DNA of 64,000 bases from Caecitellus pseudoparvulus (lineage: Eukaryota; Protista; Bigyra: Bicosoecida): NCBI GenBank assembly GCA_965644315.1, contig CBFFRQ010000053.1:124001-188000 (forward strand), read 5' to 3'. The translations under genes and the position numbers were made by a program. This document shows positions 1 through 11,600 of this stretch, piece by piece. The notes under the pieces are model-generated. The model was not told the origin of the DNA. It did no database searches and saw nothing but the letters and a program-made list of their open reading frames with translations. Position 1 is the first letter of the stretch. Every line of letters starts with the position of its first letter.

Positions 1-737
1 TTGTATCTGTGCCGGAGAGTCCCAAGTCTGCTGCCCAGGGAGCGGCTCAGGCGCCGCCAGCGGCAGCCGTGTCAGCGCCCCCGCAACCGGCAGCAGCAGA
101 GCCGGCCGCGCCCTCTGCCCTGCAATCTGCAGCCTTCCAAGGAGCACTTTTGCACGGATACCTGCACCGCCACCCCCACACCAGTGCACTGGCAGACGCT
201 ATGGGCCCAGCTGTTGCAGAGGCGGTGTTGGAGAGCCTGCTGCCCAGCGTCGTTGGCGCTGCCGTCCGCTCCGCAACTCGAGCCTTCCACCAAGCCATGG
301 CCAAGCGCACAGCGGAAGCAGGGGGGGCGCTGCTGGACAAGGACAGTGTAGAGGCTGCATGGCAAGTGGTCGCAGTGCGCGCTCAGGCGGCAGCGCGGGA
401 GAAGGCGGCAACCCTCGGTGCGCCTTTGGTGCAAGCGGCGGTGAGCGCCGCGGTGAGCACTGCCTTGCTGCCGCAGGACTGTGTTGGACGGGGCCCAGGG
501 GATGCGGGCACGTCACGGAAGGACTGGCTGATGGCGTGTGCCTCAGCGCTGGCGAGCGACATCCCCGACGAGAGGTCCACGGCAGCCCTCGTGGCAGGCG
601 ATGTCGCTGCCCATCTGGCCCTGCCCAAGTTGGATGCGGCGGCCAAGCAGCTCGCACCCGTCCACGTCGCAAGGGCCATGGCAGCGGTGCAGGGCACATC
701 CACTCGCACCTACTGGAAGGCACAGGGACCAGATTGA
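1..737 (+). CDS. 3' part of an Ala-rich hypothetical protein (probably starts upstream of the window)
   Basis: The frame of ORF 9..737 is open from the window edge and has coding-like GC3 codon usage; no recognisable motif. Confidence 0.45.
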   Translation, partial: VSVPESPKSAAQGAAQAPPAAAVSAPPQPAAAEPAAPSALQSAAFQGALLHGYLHRHPHTSALADAMGPAVAEAVLESLLPSVVGAAVRSATRAFHQAMAKRTAEAGGALLDKDSVEAAWQVVAVRAQAAAREKAATLGAPLVQAAVSAAVSTALLPQDCVGRGPGDAGTSRKDWLMACASALASDIPDERSTAALVAGDVAAHLALPKLDAAAKQLAPVHVARAMAAVQGTSTRTYWKAQGPD

Positions 738-1172
738 GGCAAAGGTGGAGTATGTGAGTATGTGATGCCGCGCTGCGTGACTCACGGCTGCGGCTTCGCC
801 TCGGCGCGCGTGGTCTTTCCGGGCTCCTTTGCGAGGGCCCGGTCGCCGTGCAGCTGAGACCTGTCGGACGACACTGGCATGCGAATTAATGCTACACCCA
901 TACGCGTTGCCAGGCTCGCTGCGGGGCTTGCAAGCTGGACCTGTATAACTCCACCCAAGTGCACTGCAGCAGAGTTGGCGTGTTGGGCAAAGCCCGCTGA
1001 CACCCCCCCTTCACCCCCGCAGGCCGGGGGGGCGCACTTGCCACGTCAGTTCACTTTACCCACTTACCCACACACCGGTTCCCTCCACACCCTTGCCTCT
1101 GCATCCCGGCACGCTCCCTGAGGGTGTGCTTCCTCCTGCACGCAGTCCCGCTGACCACCACGCCCGTGCAAC

Positions 1173-3762
1173 ATGGCTGACGAAGCCCCCACCATCTTCA
1201 CGCGCTACACGCGCATTGTGACTGTGGTTGTGCACCACTGCTCCGACCTGAAGAATGCAGCTCTGATGGGTACGTGTCGTGGTGCTATGCAGTGCGAGAG
1301 CTGCCGTGGCAGGCCTGCCTCGCTTTTGTGGTTGCCGTGCCCTTGGGCCCTTCGTCCTCTCGCGCCACTTCCGTGCATGTGAGCTATACCACGCGGCTTT
1401 GTGCAGGCACAAGTGACCCCTATGTCATGGTTGACTTCCCCGATGCCAAGGCTGTGCATGGCGGCAACACGTGCGTAGGAAGTGCATGTGATGGGCTGAC
1501 ACAGCACGTACTGGAGCGCAACCCTTCCACCCTCCTTTTCTGCAGCGATTCTGACGTCGACGGCCGCACTACTGTTGTGGACGACAACCTCAGCCCAAAG
1601 GTGACAATCTTGCGCCCGCCAGTCTTGCGTCTGCCGCTGCACCGAGCGATTCCCCACCCGCGGCCCCACAGTTCAACGAGCAATTCGTGTTCTTCGTGGA
1701 CTCCACTGCGACCAAGTTCCGCCTGCGCGCCTTCGACAAGTGTGTGGGCATGGATGCCAATCTGGGCTCTACCCAGGTGCTCCTGAACGAGGAGGAGGCG
1801 AACTTCGTCACTGCGCCGCTGGGTGGGCAGGGCACCATAACGTACTCCTTCACGCAAGTGAACGTGGCTGACCTGCGCGCTCTGGCCAGGATGGACGACC
1901 AGGCGGGAATGGCGGACCAGCTGGCGGTGGAGAAGGAGGCCCTGCAGGGGGAGGTTGCCACCCTTCAGGCGGAGGTTGCTGCCCTGCAGGGCACTGTGGC
2001 TTCCCTGGAGAGCGCCATGGCAGAGGATGGCGGCCTGGATGAGGCGCGCGAGGCTGCCTTGGCGGATGCCAAGGCAGAGGCCGAGGCCAACGCCGCCAAA
2101 GTGGCGGACCTGGAGGCCGCCGTCGCTGCCCTGAACGAGGAGGTGGAGGCTCTGACTGGGCAGCACGCTGCCGCTGCGGAGGCCGCCGAGGCCGCCACGG
2201 CACAGCTGGGTGTCCTGCAAGCCGCCCTCGGCGAGCAGGAGCAGAGCGAGGAGGCCGCTGCCGCTGCCGCCGAGGCTGCCGCTGCCCGGGCTTCGTCCAT
2301 GCAGGCTGAGCGAGATGCGTTTGAGAGCCAGGTCGCCAGTGCCATGGCAGCTGCTGAGGCTGCCGAGAGCCGTGCCGCGGAGGCCGAGGCACAAGTGGCC
2401 GAGTTGTCCGCTGCAAACGAGGAGCTGGCGGCGGCGGCAGATGGAGTGGGCGATGAGGAGCTGGTGGCCACCATCGCCGGCCTGCGTGGCGAGGTGGCTG
2501 CTCTGCAGCAGCGCCTGGGTGAGGAGTCTGCGGCGCCTGAGGTGGCCTGGGAGTCGGCGAGCGAGGTGCCCTTCACGCATGCGTCCACTGGCGGAGACTG
2601 GATGCTGGCTGTGGACGAGGCTGGCACCATCTACCGCAAGGCGTCTGGCGACATTGCAGGGGAGGAGACTGTCATCGAAGGCCGCGCGAGCTGCGTGTCC
2701 ACCAACGGCACGTGCGCGTGGGTGGTGAACTCTGAGGATGTCATCTACGCCTGCGCTGATGTCGGCGCAGAGCCTGATGGCATGGGGTGGTACAACGTCC
2801 CTGGCCGCCTGCGCCAGGTGCACGTGGGCGGCGACTACGTCGTGGGCACCAACCACGATGGCGTGTTCTACCTGCGCAAGACTGACGCAGAGCCAGACCA
2901 CCCGTGGGTGCCGCTCAACGGGCGGGGCGTGCAGATCGTCACCAACGGCGAGTTTGCGTGGCACATCAACGCCGCTGGCATGATTTACAAGGGCCCCATC
3001 GCTGGCGCTGAGGAGGCTCGGCGCATTGAGTGGGTGGAGGTGCCTGGCCGGCTCACCTCCCTGTCCATTGACTCCTCCCGCGTGTGGGGTACCAACGAGC
3101 ACGGCAACGTGTACTTCAAGGATGCCGCTGGCCTGTCACCCCACTGGACCCAGGTGGCCGAGGGCATGAAGCTGGTGGTCCCTCACCGCCACGGCATCGC
3201 CGCCATCTCCGCGGAGGGCACCTTCGTCACCCGCGCCTCTGTCGTGCCGCCTCCCCCCACCGACGCCGCCGTCCTGGCTGACGTGCCACAGGGCTACCTG
3301 CGCATGTTCATGCACATGGCCCACCGCACGTACAAGACGGGCGCCCTGCTGGCGGTCAAGTCTGCCGCCTACAACCTGGCCCTGCGCGTGGAGGACGAGG
3401 CTGGCGAGCGTGTGCGCGCCCACAACGGCGGCAAGCTGGGCCCACTCAAGCTCATCAACGTGCGCCCACACCCCAAGAACAGCCAGGCGGTGCTGCTGCA
3501 GTGCCGTGCACCTGGCAAGTCCTCCAAGAACTACCAGAGCGTGGGCGGTGGGGCTCTGCAGGCCACGGGCGGCACGGCTGCCGACACCCAGTTCGTACCC
3601 GAGTGGTCCCCCGTCAACCCCGGCAAGCTGACGCTGCACACCCCTCGTGGCTACGTGCGCTTTGCGTCTTCGGGCACCGTGGACGTGGATGGCATGCCTT
3701 CGGCACGCACGGAGGTGCACATTGTGCCTCACCCCCACCAAACCAAGCAGAACCTGTGGTGA
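1173..3762 (+). CDS. C2 domain - coiled coil - tectonin/beta-propeller repeat protein with a C-terminal beta-rich domain
   Basis: Three GT-AG introns (~1270-1407, ~1471-1545, ~1601-1671) join a C2 domain (VTVVVHHCSDLKNAALMG-TSDPYV...RTTVVDDNLSPK-FNEQFVF...FRLRAFDK). It is followed by an E/A-rich heptad coiled coil (~1890-2520) and tectonin-like repeats (W.VN....IY, W..VPGRL..V.VG, VWGTN..G.VY; ~2550-3230). Confidence 0.8.
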
Positions 3763-3925
3763 GCGGGGCTGCGCTTGAGCTCAGGTAGGCTACGCGCCAC
3801 CAAGCTCGCGTTCTGTCTGAGCGTCGACAGGGTCAGAATGCAGTCGTGAGTGATACCCTCTTGGTCCGCCATTAGCGATTTCCCGGCTTCGCGGCGAGGG
3901 CGGCTGGCAGACACAGCTGCCGTGC

Positions 3926-6048
3926 ATGCAAGTCGCCTCTGACGGGCACATCCCATTTGTCCACCCCAGTCGGGAGCAAGAAGCGACTGTGTGGAATCAT
4001 CATCACGCCATGGAGGGCCTCGTATGCTACCCATGGAACGGGGAGGTGGAGTTGAGCGATGTGGGCGTGTCAGGCTCTTTGTGCGGAATCGGGCCTGATG
4101 CAGGAGTTGCAAGCCCTGTCAGCGAGTTGAGGGAGGTGACCACTGTCTGCGGCTCATACTGCTTGCGAGAAGTTGTGGTGAAGTTCATGAACAGTACGCA
4201 CGCTGATGCTGTGGAGCTGAATCAGAACTTGCGCTTGAGGTGTGTCCCGCCACGCCGACCACGAAACGCTGCCGAAACGAGCATCGCCACTCTGCGCACA
4301 GTGCTGCGATTGATGATGACCTAGGCGAGCATGTGGGGGCGAGGCACTGGCTGAGAACACTGACTGTCCAGCACACGCTCGGCATGAAGGACCTACCCTC
4401 GGGTGTCCCGCCAGATTCGGTGTTTGTGGTGCTGGAGCGGTGTGCAGGCAACTTGCGAGGCGCGCTGGCCCTGGCCCGCGCGTTGCGGGATGATGCAGAC
4501 AAGGCCCCCAGTCCCGAGCCGCCACAGGCAGCAACACCAATGTGGGATGGAGTCTCTGCGCTGCCAGCTGGCTCCTATGCTGCAGCGGCCTGCCCTGCGC
4601 CTCCCTCGGCAGCCGTTGCTTTGGAGGCGAGTGCAGGCACGGCACCAGCCGAAGCGCCTCTGCCGGCCCCCTCACACCACGAGACCTTGCGGCAGAAGGC
4701 CACCGAGTGGGGCCTCCCACACAAGTGCTACGAGGAGCGCTTCCTCATCAACCTTGCCCGCCAGCTGGTCAGTGCCGTGGCTTTTTTGCACGACCCGGGG
4801 CGGGGCGGCTTTGTCGCGGTGGCCCACGGGAACTTGAAGCCGTCCAACGTTCTGCTGCGCAACGGAGTCGTCAAGCTGTCCGAGTTCGACCCCTGTCCAG
4901 TGTCGGCACAGGTTGATGCGGGGGAGGCCGCAGTGCGGCATGCGCCTGTCTCGCCGTGGCGGCCCCACGAGGGCTTGCCACGGTCCCCTCAAACTGGCAC
5001 CAGCGGCGCACCCCCCCCCATGGCTTCCGCAGGGGGTGCCGGGGGCGCAGGGCACTTCACAGGGCAGAAGGAACACGTGGACGTGTTCGGCTTGGGCTGC
5101 CTCATCTTCTTCGTTCTGACGCTGGGCGACCACCCCTTTGGCGGCACCACCAGCGAGCAGGTGAAACGCATCAAGCTGGGCGCCATGCCGGCGCTGTCAC
5201 AGCTGCGGGCCCTGAAAACCGCCGCAGGCTTCGAAGCAGCGGACTTGGTGGGCACGCTCCTCGACAAACACACGGTGCACGACGGCACAGTGGCTCGGCA
5301 GGCGCTGTGGCACCCGTTGTTCTGGGACGTGCACGCGAAGTTTCGCCTCATCACAAACGTGTCTGAAGGCCTGGAGGTGAACCAGACCCTCGTGCCCAAC
5401 GCTGTGCAGCGTGCATTTGCCACCGCCTTGCAAAGCGCCATCCAGCGCCATCTGGGTGGTGCACGGGGGTGGCACGAGTTGATGGCGGCTCCACCCGGCG
5501 CTGGGCCAGACGGGTGGGGCAACGCCACCATGTACCCGTTCAAGACGCCGGAGGAGTACGAGGGGAACTACGCGGGGCCCTTCTCGAACTACTCCCTCGT
5601 GCGTTTCGTGCGGAACCTGTACGTGCACGGCGCCTCACATGTGCGGGTGGGCCTGTTCACATCCGTGCGGGCCATCACGCATCACGTGCTGCGTTGCTTC
5701 CCCTGGCTTCCCCTCGTGCTGTGGCAGGTTGACCAGGCCCACGGTGGCCACTTCACACAGGCAGCCCTGGCCACCACGGAGAACCCAGCGACGACGGCAG
5801 CAGCGCCGCCTGCCATCATGGTGTCTCACAAGCGTCTGCTGAGCAAAGGCCGCATTGCCAGCGCCCTGCCAGCCAGCAAGCCCGGCGGTGCTCCGCAGGC
5901 GAAAAGCCACAGCAAGGAGGACGACACGTCTGACTCGGACTCCAGCAGCTCGTCGAGGAGCTCCGGCTCATGGGCCTCACGTGGCTCTCAGGCGCGGCGT
6001 CGGCGGCGGCAGAGGCGGAGGTCTGGCAAGCCTCGCCGGCGGGGATAG
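3926..6048 (+). CDS. RNase L/IRE1-like pseudokinase + KEN endoribonuclease domain protein
   Basis: Exon 1 (3926-4239) has VVVKF. Intron 4240-4301 (GT..AG, phase 2) restores the frame. Downstream motifs: HGNLKPSNVLL, KLSEFD, DVFGLGCLIFFVLTLGDHPFG, LWHPLFWD, and KEN motif YSLVRFVRNLYVH. The tail is basic/Ser-rich. Confidence 0.8.
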
Positions 6049-6327
6049 GGGGGGAGGGGGGGTGCTCACAGCGCTGCGCCTGCGTTTGAGCCTCGCAGCC
6101 GCAAGGCGAGAACCCAAGCCAATACCCACGAGTGCCTGCCACCAATTCATGATGCGATCTATGCACCCCGCATCTTCCTGGTACTCCCGGGCGTTGAGAG
6201 CCCGCTGCAAGCTCCCGGCATTTGTCTCCCATCACCACGTTTCTGCCTTGCCAGGTTCTGGCGTTGCAGGCACTCACCTGCACCTGCAAGCGACGTGGAC
6301 GCCTGATGGCAGGAGCAACTCAGCAGG

Positions 6328-7315
6328 GTGGATGCAAACGACAAAGATGCAGTGGATCGACCCTCCAAGGCGGCGTGCAGCTCACTGTGGAGTCGTCAGG
6401 TGAGTGCGGCAAGAGGCTGGAGCGCGTTTCGCTGTCGGAGCGTTTCTCAGCCACGCTGGCGATGGAGGTGCGCCACTCTGTCACTTGTCAGTGCGCTCCC
6501 CTGCAGGAACACCACTTAACCCAGTAGATGATACAGATGGCTCCCCGGCCAAGCGTCCACGCCCCCTGAAGTCCGTGTCATGGCCGGACTGGAAGGGGGA
6601 CTTGGCCACGGAGGACAGCAGCCAGGCTGGCACACTGGAGAAGGTGTGGGTGTTGTCCCCCTGTGCCTACCCCAAGGACTATTGGAGCGCTTGTTCGCCG
6701 TGGTCAGTCGTCATCGCCCAGCTCGAATCGGCGGTGGATGACCAGGAGGCATTGCTGTCTCGGCACTTGGCTGGTGGCCGCACAGCCCGGAGCCAGGTGC
6801 TGCCTATCCACACATCAGCGGCGGCGGCTGCTCGCAGCCGCACCATCATGGGCACGGCAGAGGGACTGTTTAAATTGTTAGGAATTTGCGCGTCTGCCCT
6901 GCAGCAGGGGAGGCAGGAGTCCACGGTGTCTGCCGCGGTCCGGCGCATCGCTGTGCTGCGGGCAGTGCTGCAACACTTGCACTCCCAGCGCGCGGCAGCG
7001 TTCCAAGCAGGGCCTTCGGCACCCTCCAAGGCCCCAGTCTCTGAATCCCCACCCCCCACTCGCGAGGGCGACAGCTCCACCCCCTCCCCGCCCACACATG
7101 CGGATGGAAGGCAGGGCAGAGGGGGGCGGGCCGCGGATGGTCCCGTGCTGCCCCCCGCCACCCTCGCGCCCTCCACCGCGACAGCCAAGGAGGACGACTC
7201 GCTGCACCTCAGCCCACGAGCAGTGCCCACGCCGCTTGGTCCCTTGCCAGGCCCAGCGACTGCGCCTGCTCCTCCACTGGCCCAGCTCCTGCCTGGCGCC
7301 AGCGCCAATGAATAG
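6328..7315 (+). CDS. hypothetical protein (probably spliced; 5' end uncertain)
   Basis: Short ORF from 6328 ends at a gtgagt donor (~6400), followed by the 303-aa open frame 6404..7315; no motif recognised. Confidence 0.35.
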
Positions 7316-7322
7316 TTTTCCG

Positions 7323-8280
7323 TCACCACACCCTCGATTCGTCACTGTCCAAATCCTCACCCCCACCATGGGAGGTGCTGCTGAAGGTGGCAGGCAAGGG
7401 CTGGGGCATGTCCTCACCCTGTGCCTGGCTGTCTGCCGCGGTTGCGGTGCTGCTCTGTGACTCCTCACGCTGCCCGGCCGTTGCTGGCCCCCCTGGCGCG
7501 CGGGCTGGAGCCAACGCTGCACCAGTTGACGCAACAGCAGCAGTGGATGGGGCAGCAGCCGTGCTTGCAGCGCTGTGATCCTTTGGGCCCACGCCCAGTA
7601 GGGTGCTGGAGTAGCAGCTGTTGGCGACGAGCCTGGACACGCCGCGGTCAATGACCACCACGCCTTGCTCTTCCTGCCACCTCAGGACACTGGCCACGAC
7701 CATGGCGTCGCGAGTCTTGCGGCGGTGCTGCAAGGCGTTGTTCACGGCGCACCAAAACCGCACCCGCACCTCGAAGTCAGCGGGGAAGAGCCAGGACATG
7801 CTGCTTGGCAGCGCCACCTGTGATGCGGTGGAGCCGAGCCACAGGCCAGGAGGTGTGCAGTATGCAGGGGCAGGGAGAAGCATCAACACACACGCACCCC
7901 ATCGTCATCACCATCGTTGCCTCGGCACTTGAAGTGCTGCAGGACAGCTTCAAAATGGGCCAGGCGAAGGAGGAGGCTGTGTGCGGCTGCCTCGGGGGTG
8001 TAGAACACACCGTCCACTCGGATGGGGCTCCCGTACAGTGGGGCTGGAATGATGGCTTCCCACACTTTCAGCTGGGTAAGGGGGGCGCCGCATGGGGAAG
8101 CACCAGTGCCCCGCCGAACCCTCAGCGAGGCCGGGTGCGGAAATCGATCCAGCCGCTCACCTCGCCTCCTTGGTGCTCAAGGTAACACCTGGGAAAGATA
8201 CCCGGAATGGGGGTATGAATAGTCTGCTCAACACTGTTCAGGATCTCTAGCAGGGCTTCGGGAGTGGCCTGGCTGGCCAT
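7323..8280 (-). CDS. hypothetical multi-exon protein
   Basis: Successive protein-like minus-strand segments (MASQATPEALLEILNSVEQ..., WEAIIPAPLYG...HFKC, SWLFPADFEVRVRFWCAVNNAL...) are separated by intron-like gaps; exact splicing not resolved. Confidence 0.45.
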
Positions 8281-8638
8281 TTCGCCCCGTGAACGCCGAC
8301 TTGGGCTGCCAGCGGTGCGGGCCAGCCTCGAGGATGTCAATCGCAGGGCTTGGTGGACCTCACCGCCGTGGTGGGCAATTCAGAACAATACAAAAGGATG
8401 CATGTCGCCCCCCTGTGGGCGTGGCGTTTTGTGGTTTGACGAGGGGCCCACAGTGTGCGGGAAGCGACTGGCGGCCGCGGCCGCGCCGGCCAACATTTGA
8501 AGCTGCTGGACAAACCCAAAAGCACGCACGGCTCCGTGGCGCTCAATGGAGTGAGCCTCACGAGTACACAAACCCCGCACATTGCACGCACTGTGGTGTG
8601 TGGGAGCTTCCTGCTCCGTTTTCCACGATTCGCCCGGC

Positions 8639-11600
8639 ATGTTGCGCCAGGCTGCAGGCCAGCAGCCATCCCTGCTGGCGCTGGTGCAGGCTGCAGTGCA
8701 GGATCCTCCCGCGCTGGACTCGCTGCTGCTTGGGGGCTTGTTGGAGGCCAACCCAGGTGCCACGGCTGAAGATCTACTGCATGCCTTGGACGCCTCCAGC
8801 AGCAGCATCTGCGGCAAGAACTTCGACGAGGGGGACTTGGTGTACCAGTGCGCCACCTGCGGAGTGGACCCGACGTGTGTCGTGTGCTCGGATTGCTTTG
8901 ACAGGTCTGCCGGCGCCCACGAAGGGCACGAAGTTACCTGCTATCGCTCGGGGGGCAATGGCGGCACTTGTGATTGCGGGGACCATGAAGCATGGAGTCG
9001 TGAGTGCTGCCTGTGGGCTCTGCAACGCTGACGAAACACCTGAGCCTGAACGCGATTGCTGCGCTGCCACCCCTCGCAGCTGAAGGCTGCTGCGACCAGC
9101 ATGGAGCAGGCGCATGTGAAGAAGCAGATGCCACAGACCCCTACGAGCGGTACCCACCGGGGCTGAAGCAGCACGTCGCTGCCGTCATTGGCGTGGCGGT
9201 CACTCTGCTGGTGGAGTCCGTGACGGGTGTCTGCCGCTCCTTCCGCACCGAAGCCGTCCTGGAGGCGGCAGACCCCTCCGAAAACCTGCAGCTCATCGTG
9301 CACAACGACGATGTGCACACGTACGATGAGGTGATCGGCGTGTTCGCAAGGGTCGGCGGCCACTCGCAAGCCGCTGCCCAAGCCTTGACCGTCAAGGTGG
9401 ATGACGAGGGGCAAGCGATGCTCCTGTCTGGGACGCAAGAAGACTTTTCTCTCCCCAAGGTGCCCGTGGCGGGGTCTTCCTCCACCCAGAGCGTCATCCA
9501 CGCCATGCAGGAGTCTCACCTGCTCTTCAGCCTCCGCAGCCCAGCCACGCAGAGGCGGGCGGACACAGCGCGCGTGCTGTCCCAGTGGCTGTTGCGCCTG
9601 TCCAACGCCCAACGGGGCACGCGGCTCCTCATTGTGGACGCCCTGGGCGGACTGGATGTCTCCGACTTCATGGCTGCCGCGAGCGGGCAGCAGCCGCTAC
9701 CAGTTCTGCGGGCACCACCTGCCGAGTGGGTGGGGGGCGTATCCTCTTCGACTGCCCTGCCAGAACCAGCGTTTGTCACCCCCCTGGACGTGCTCATGAG
9801 AGTGGGTGCATACCAGGACAAGGCTGTTATGTGTGCCGTGCAGTCCATGTACACGAGCTGTGTGCGGGAGCCGGTGTTCCGTGACGCCTTTGGCTGGGCC
9901 CTCCTGCGGCAGCTGCCGTTCATCTCCCTTGAGTACGCGGCAGGCATTGGCACAGCAGAGCTGTCAGTCCTGGACTTCTCCGTGCAGATCCTCACTGTGC
10001 CCTCCTTTGTCACCCGGCTCGTGCCGCCTGCTCTGGTGGGTGCTCTGGCCAAAGGAGAAGTGCTGGCGCCAGACGCAGGGCACGGCACGCACATCTTCCG
10101 CCTCGCCAAGGCCTTTGCGGACGTCATGGCACACGGCTCCACGGTGCAAGCGTGGGCAGTGCATGGCCTGCAGGCGCACTACGGCGGCCCACTCCCTTAT
10201 GCCGTGGAGCTCTCGACAGATGAGGCAGGCGAGCCACTCTCCGCACGCCGGGCGGAGTCGGACACCTTCACAAGGATGCTGAATCTTTCAGACCGCATGC
10301 TCCAGCACCGCCGGCAGGACGCCACGGGTCGGGTCATGGACTACATCAGCCGAATCCCAGGCATGGCGGCCACCACCATGGCTTGCCCTGCCGTGCTGGG
10401 GCAACTGCTGCGGGCCATGGCACCAGCTGATGGTATGGACAGCCGGCGTCGCAAGACTGGCGATCACATGGGCTTCGAGAGTACCTCCTGGGTGACCGCA
10501 TTCAACATCTCCCTCACCCTTGGGCCATCCGTGCAGTCCTTGGTGCAGCACGTGGTGTCACAGGCGGGAGCTGCGTACGCCGCCCGGCTGAACGTTGCGC
10601 GCGGTGTGGAAGCTGGCTCTGAGCACTCCCCCATTTCCACCGGACCACAAGGCACAGCGGCACTGCACCCTGCTCAGTGGTGTAGCATGCTGCAGCAGGT
10701 GACTGCGGCCATCGCACGACGGCTGGCAGGGCTGGCGCCGCCCCAAGACGGCACCTCCGCTCCTGGGCAGCCAGACTTTTCCCCACTCCCGCTGCAGGAG
10801 GTGCCGTTCCCTGTGCCGGGCGATGGCTCTGGGGCCCTCGTCTGTACCTCGACAGCCCAAAACTCCATGGTCAGCTTTCACCACCCTCTGCACCGCCTGC
10901 TGGGCCTGCTGGCCTCTGCGCTGGCAACCCGCCTGCCACCGTTCCTGCCCAACCCTCAAGCGCCAGCTGCAAGTGCGACAGAGTCAGCCGATGTACCAGG
11001 CAGCGTAGATGCCATGGTGCAACAGTATGGCGGCGCCGTGCTGGACCCCCTCGCGCTGCTGCACGAAGCAGTGTCGGGCTTCGTGGCAGGGCAGGCTGCA
11101 GGGACGTCCACAGGTCCAGGAAGCGGGGGCGACGCGCCTATCGCCTGGACAGAGCAGTCACTGCTGGCTGCCTTGCTGCACCCACCTTTGCAGTCCATGG
11201 CCATGGCAGGCGGCATCGCAGCAGGCCTCTGGGCCCGCAACGGCCATGCGGTGCTGGAGGAGGTCGGCAACTACAGCCGGCCGCCCCAAAGCAGCACGCT
11301 GCGAGACCTGGACATCATGGCCGTCACCAGCGCCGTGGGTGCCATGCTGGTTCCCGCACAGACCCCGCAAGAGCTCGGTGCGCTCGCCTCTGCGGCCATG
11401 GCTCAAGTGTTGCACCAGTTCGGTGCGCGGTGTTGGCTGACGCACCCAGCAGCTCGCATGACCCTCGCTGCCCCAGGCATTTTGCTGCCTTCTGCTGCGG
11501 AAGATGCTCTGGAGCAAGTCTCCACACGTGCGGAGGAGGCTCTGCGGACACTGATCGTCTTGGTGTCTGAGGCGCCCTGCAGGGTAGCACCCTGTGTGCC

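Noticed and set aside
1420-3102. Long antisense ORFs here and at 13576-15225, 41301-42905, 57033-59105, 60487-61773 and elsewhere
   Set aside because: Shadow ORFs expected opposite GC3-rich coding sequence; no motifs of their own.
3759-3925. Possible splice fusion of the C2-tectonin gene to the kinase-KEN gene (the stop overlaps a gtgagc donor-like site)
   Set aside because: The acceptor combinations I tried did not restore the kinase frame. It needs transcript data; if real, it would supply a lectin sensor to the nuclease.
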